Part shown: positions 60,719 to 64,000 of the stretch, one piece after another
How positions within the stretch are numbered: the stretch's first letter is position 1
How the letters are laid out: each line of letters opens with the position of its first letter
Source of the DNA: a virus
Virus record (IMG/VR): IMGVR_UViG_3300001567_000138
Coordinates: 24,400-88,399 of that record
Length of the DNA stretch: 64,000 bases
Reading direction: 5' to 3' (one strand)
Made by a program: the position numbers and the translations under genes
Notes under the pieces: model-generated
The model's input: the letters and a program-made list of their open reading frames with translations, nothing else
Databases searched by the model: none
Told to the model about the DNA's origin: nothing

Positions 60719-61998
60719 ATTAGAGCCGTCCTCGGTCGTTTCTTGACCAGATGTTTCACTCTGCGCCAGGCCATCACTTCCCCACGGTGGACACCGAAGG
60801 GGTTGTCGAGAACGTCTTGAGCGATAGAGAAACTACCGCCACCGTTGGGCGATGCACTCAAGTCCTCGCGCAGGTGGTCGAAAAAGTTAGCGTGCCTGGA
60901 GCAGGAACAAGGGGGACGTTCCAGTCTTGCCGCTGCAATCCATGCGATCATCCATGCCCAATTATCGGAAAGCGGGTCGTAAGAACGTCCATTCAGGAAG
61001 TCCTGCGCCCGTTCCCCGGCGTAGTAGTACATGTCAACCTGGTCGGGGGCACGGCAGACAGAGAACTCGGTCAAGGCCCACGAACTATCGACGTAGGAGC
61101 CAGGGTGCGGAACAACCATGCCGTTCTCGCTATCCCGTATCTGTAAACAACCATCCTGGGTTGTGTCTACGCAAACTGTACAGCCCGTTCCACCGCAAGT
61201 AGAACAGGTGCAGGAACCCTCTGCGCTCTCCCAACGAAATACCGCCGTTGCTAGTGAAGCGTCGTTGTATTCGTAATACACTTCCACGCTGGTTACAAAA
61301 TTAGCGGTTGTGGAAACGTCAAGTGCAGCGAACCCTACGTCAGTAGGGAATGCCTCGTATAGGTCAGGATCAATGAGCAACCAACTATCGAGAACGATTG
61401 TCAAGGTTCCGGCTACAATTGACTTAGAGCGCAGAGGGCGTACTTCCCACTCGATGTCCCCGCTATGCCCCGCATGATATACCTTTATCCCTTCAACGCT
61501 CGTAAGCGTTGTTGCGAGCGTGATCGTAGCGGTTTCAAAGAAACCGTCCCCGTCAGCATCAGAATAAACGAGAGTTGCTGGGGCAGGAACGGTATTTGCA
61601 GTTCCAATCAGGGTTACGCCGCGCCGCCCACCGCCGATAATCCTGCCAACATCGGTCAAGATACCCCGATTGAAGCCGCGTACATCGTGGGTCTGCATCA
61701 TGGCGGTGCGGTAGAAGTCTCGCGGGTACAATTCCGTTTCGATGCACCACATCGGCGCAGGCCAGAAGCCTACCGCGTTCTTGATGTCCTCTTCGGCGTC
61801 TCGGATAGCATAGGCGAGGGCTTCACGGGAAACCTGATCGTAGTTCTGCCAATCATGCTGAGGCCAGATGTTGCCACACTGCCCACCGGCGGGGAAAACG
61901 GCGGGAGATAGAGATGGCGCAGCCGCGCCCCAAAAGTGCAGGGGGGCGATGCCGAACAGTTTTGCAAAACGAGCGACTGATAACAGCGTGTACAGCAT
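60715..61998 (-). CDS. Head-tail adaptor-like virion protein
   Basis: 427 aa; first gene of the tail operon; AIRDAEEDI...YYAG...NPFG. Confidence 0.55.
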   Translation of the reverse strand: MLYTLLSVARFAKLFGIAPLHFWGAAAPSLSPAVFPAGGQCGNIWPQHDWQNYDQVSREALAYAIRDAEEDIKNAVGFWPAPMWCIETELYPRDFYRTAMMQTHDVRGFNRGILTDVGRIIGGGRRGVTLIGTANTVPAPATLVYSDADGDGFFETATITLATTLTSVEGIKVYHAGHSGDIEWEVRPLRSKSIVAGTLTIVLDSWLLIDPDLYEAFPTDVGFAALDVSTTANFVTSVEVYYEYNDASLATAVFRWESAEGSCTCSTCGGTGCTVCVDTTQDGCLQIRDSENGMVVPHPGSYVDSSWALTEFSVCRAPDQVDMYYYAGERAQDFLNGRSYDPLSDNWAWMIAWIAAARLERPPCSCSRHANFFDHLREDLSASPNGGGSFSIAQDVLDNPFGVHRGEVMAWRRVKHLVKKRPRTALI

Positions 61999-62118
61999 CC
62001 ACTATCTCCTTTTAGACATAACGAAAACGAGGGCGCATCACAGGTATTTCGCCCGTTGATGCGCCCTCAGTTCGGGGGCAATCAGATACAATTACCCCTA
62101 TTATACACTATTATCTAT

Positions 62119-63543
62119 CTAGATATTGTGCCTGTTGTTACGAATAAACGGCGCGGGGTCAAAGTAGTGCGCGGCGATAAATGCGGGATTGTAGCCGGGC
62201 CAGTTGAGAGGATCGTTCTGTAGGGTGTTGTCTGCGAAATCAAGATGCAGATGGTAGTTGTGCGGGTCGCCAAAATACTGACCGATATTTGCCACCTGCT
62301 GGCCTCGGTATACTTCGTCGCCAACGTTTACCAAAATATTCTCTACGTGCCCATAGCGTACCCAAAACACGAGGTCGCCAATCTGGTAACGGATAACGAT
62401 TACGCCGCCCCACGTGCCGGGGGCGATTGCGGCATAGACAACCACGCCGTTATCCGCGACGCTGTATACTGGTGCGTGTGCATCGGCATCCCAGGGCACA
62501 TTGTTGTTGAGGTCAACACCGGTATGTTTTCCGTCTGCCAAATAGCCATATGCGCTAAACCAGTTTCCGGGCCAAATCTGCCCGCTTGCCCGCTCTTCGG
62601 GTGTGCCAACGGGAGAGTCAATCTCGAACGGTTCCGGTTCCTCAACCCATTCGAGGAATTGTGTACCCTTGTTTTGCACACAAACGTACTGATCGGGGCC
62701 AATCTTTGCCCACGTATCAATCTGTTGGATTTCGTACACGTCCACAATGGCGTCTTTCGGCAGGGAGCCAATGATCGTGCCCCAGGGGGTCTTGCGAATG
62801 CGCAGGCCGCTACCGAGTACCCGCGCCTGCCCGATCACGCCAGGCTGCTCAACGCCCGCCCACTGGTAAAGACCAGACAGTGACCCATTGAAGTAATCAA
62901 GGTCAACGTTCCCGGAGATACCCGGCGTGCGTCCTGTTGCTGTATACTGCCACATCCTCCAGTTCCGATACGTCCAGGGAAGGGGAACAACCGGCGTGTT
63001 ACCGTCGTAGTCTGCTACGAACAAGTCGTAATCGAGCATCCAAGGGGCAATACCGACGTAGGGACGCCAGAACCAATCGGCGGTATAAATGATCGGCTTG
63101 CGTCCGTACAAGGCCTCGATCTTCTGAAGCATATCCAGCAGGTCGGCCTGTATCTGTGCTTTCGGGGTATCTCTGTAGTACGCCCTATCCAACTCGTAGC
63201 CGGGGGCCTGGCTCAGTTCTACGTCCAGGCAAGGGGGAAGTTGGGTGTCGGGGGCCGCATCGTACAGGTTTTGCGCCTGCTGTTGTCTGTCCATGTGCGG
63301 GCGGTAGTAGTGATACGGGCCGCGCAAGATAGATGTCGCCTTTACCCCCGCCCAGTTTGCCGCGCCGCGTTGATCACGCCACGTGGTTCCCTCGGTCATC
63401 TTGATATAGGCGAACTTGACATCGCTCATGCCCACCTGCGGCCAGTTGATAACTCCGTTGTGGTGGGACACGTCAATACCAGGAATGTAGTTGGCCTTCG
63501 GTTCCGCTAAGATGCGCTTCAAAATCTGTGATAGGAAGTTCAT
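62119..63543 (-). CDS. Endolysin: GH25 muramidase + SH3b + M23 peptidase
   Basis: GIDVSHHNG, KMTEG, LDVE, WQYT...VDLD; LRIRKTP; HTGVD and HLH. Confidence 0.92.
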   Translation of the reverse strand: MNFLSQILKRILAEPKANYIPGIDVSHHNGVINWPQVGMSDVKFAYIKMTEGTTWRDQRGAANWAGVKATSILRGPYHYYRPHMDRQQQAQNLYDAAPDTQLPPCLDVELSQAPGYELDRAYYRDTPKAQIQADLLDMLQKIEALYGRKPIIYTADWFWRPYVGIAPWMLDYDLFVADYDGNTPVVPLPWTYRNWRMWQYTATGRTPGISGNVDLDYFNGSLSGLYQWAGVEQPGVIGQARVLGSGLRIRKTPWGTIIGSLPKDAIVDVYEIQQIDTWAKIGPDQYVCVQNKGTQFLEWVEEPEPFEIDSPVGTPEERASGQIWPGNWFSAYGYLADGKHTGVDLNNNVPWDADAHAPVYSVADNGVVVYAAIAPGTWGGVIVIRYQIGDLVFWVRYGHVENILVNVGDEVYRGQQVANIGQYFGDPHNYHLHLDFADNTLQNDPLNWPGYNPAFIAAHYFDPAPFIRNNRHNI

Positions 63544-63628
63544 AGGCTTCTCCCATAAAAAGAAAACGGGCAGGGTTGAGCTAACCCTGCCCAGTTCGAG
63601 CAATCACGAGTTTACAGAGTAATTATAC

Positions 63629-64000
63629 CCCGGATTCTACGTCGTCTAATTTATCAAAGAAAGAAAAATTGATAATACTCCCATTTTCGGTATAAAAAAG
63701 GCTCGTTTCTGCCGATTGTGCATCTGTATTACCTAAAAATCGCCACATTTCACCCACTTGTGATGAATTTGGGGATCTCTCGTCAGGTTCATATTTTCAC
63801 CCATTGGGTGAAACGAAAAACTTCTGATTGGGATACCATGTTAAAATTTTGAGGGAAAGAAAATAACCCATGAGGATGCTGCTGTGATCAATAAAATCGA
63901 ATTCTCTGCCAAAAATCTCACCTCCAATGCCGGTTTATTACTATTATTGGAGCATGCCAACAATAATGGGATTTTTGACCTGATTGATCACGATCTGGTT
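63629..64000 (+). mobile_element. IS1380-family element, ISEcp1-like (left end, truncated by the window)
   Basis: CCCGGATTCTACGT resembles ISEcp1 IRL CCTAGATTCTACGT; abrupt drop in GC. Confidence 0.88.
63884..64000 (+). CDS. tnpA: IS1380 transposase, N-terminus (partial)
   Basis: (M)INKIEFSAKNLTSNAGLLLLLEHANNNGIFDLIDHDLV closely resembles the ISEcp1 TnpA N-terminus as recalled. Confidence 0.88.
   Translation, partial: MINKIEFSAKNLTSNAGLLLLLEHANNNGIFDLIDHDLV

Larger units (their letters stand above)
1..63628. mobile_element. Tailed phage/prophage genome segment (siphovirus-like)
   Basis: Terminase, portal, MuF, tail tube, tail chaperone, tape measure, tail fibre, endolysin, primase/helicase and many short ORFs; no host housekeeping context. 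Confidence 0.97.

Noticed and set aside
1-64000. Integrase/att site, CI-like repressor, or alternative genetic code
   Set aside because: No recombinase or CI motifs found; long genes read through in code 11 and all three stops are used; no suppressor tRNA

Overview
This window covers most of a tailed dsDNA (siphovirus-like) phage or prophage genome that appears circularly permuted. On the minus strand, the packaging and head genes (terS, terL, portal with a LAGLIDADG intein, MuF) run off the left edge. Endolysin, head-tail, tail, tape-measure, tail-fibre and membrane/lysis genes enter from the right edge on the same strand. The middle holds a replication module (exonuclease, primase, DnaB, DNA methylase), a ~1.1 kb RNA-only transcription unit (tRNA-Thr, tRNA-Met(CAT) and several unexplained multi-helix domains), and two divergent arms of small accessory genes (RNA ligase, methyltransferase, beta clamp, Lar-like proteins) around a hairpin- and repeat-rich non-coding hub. 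An ISEcp1-like IS1380 element begins at the right edge. No integrase, capsid or classical repressor gene is visible. The most notable observations are: (1) a candidate large structured ncRNA cluster, (2) seven promoters sharing tandem GTGA-N6-TCAC boxes abutting the -35 element, (3) a canonical -1 slippery site that would fuse the intein-bearing portal to MuF, and (4) a TTT_CGC +1 frameshift candidate in the tail chaperone. A Chloroflexota (Anaerolineae-like) host is a tentative inference. All calls come from reading the sequence by eye, with no database searches.
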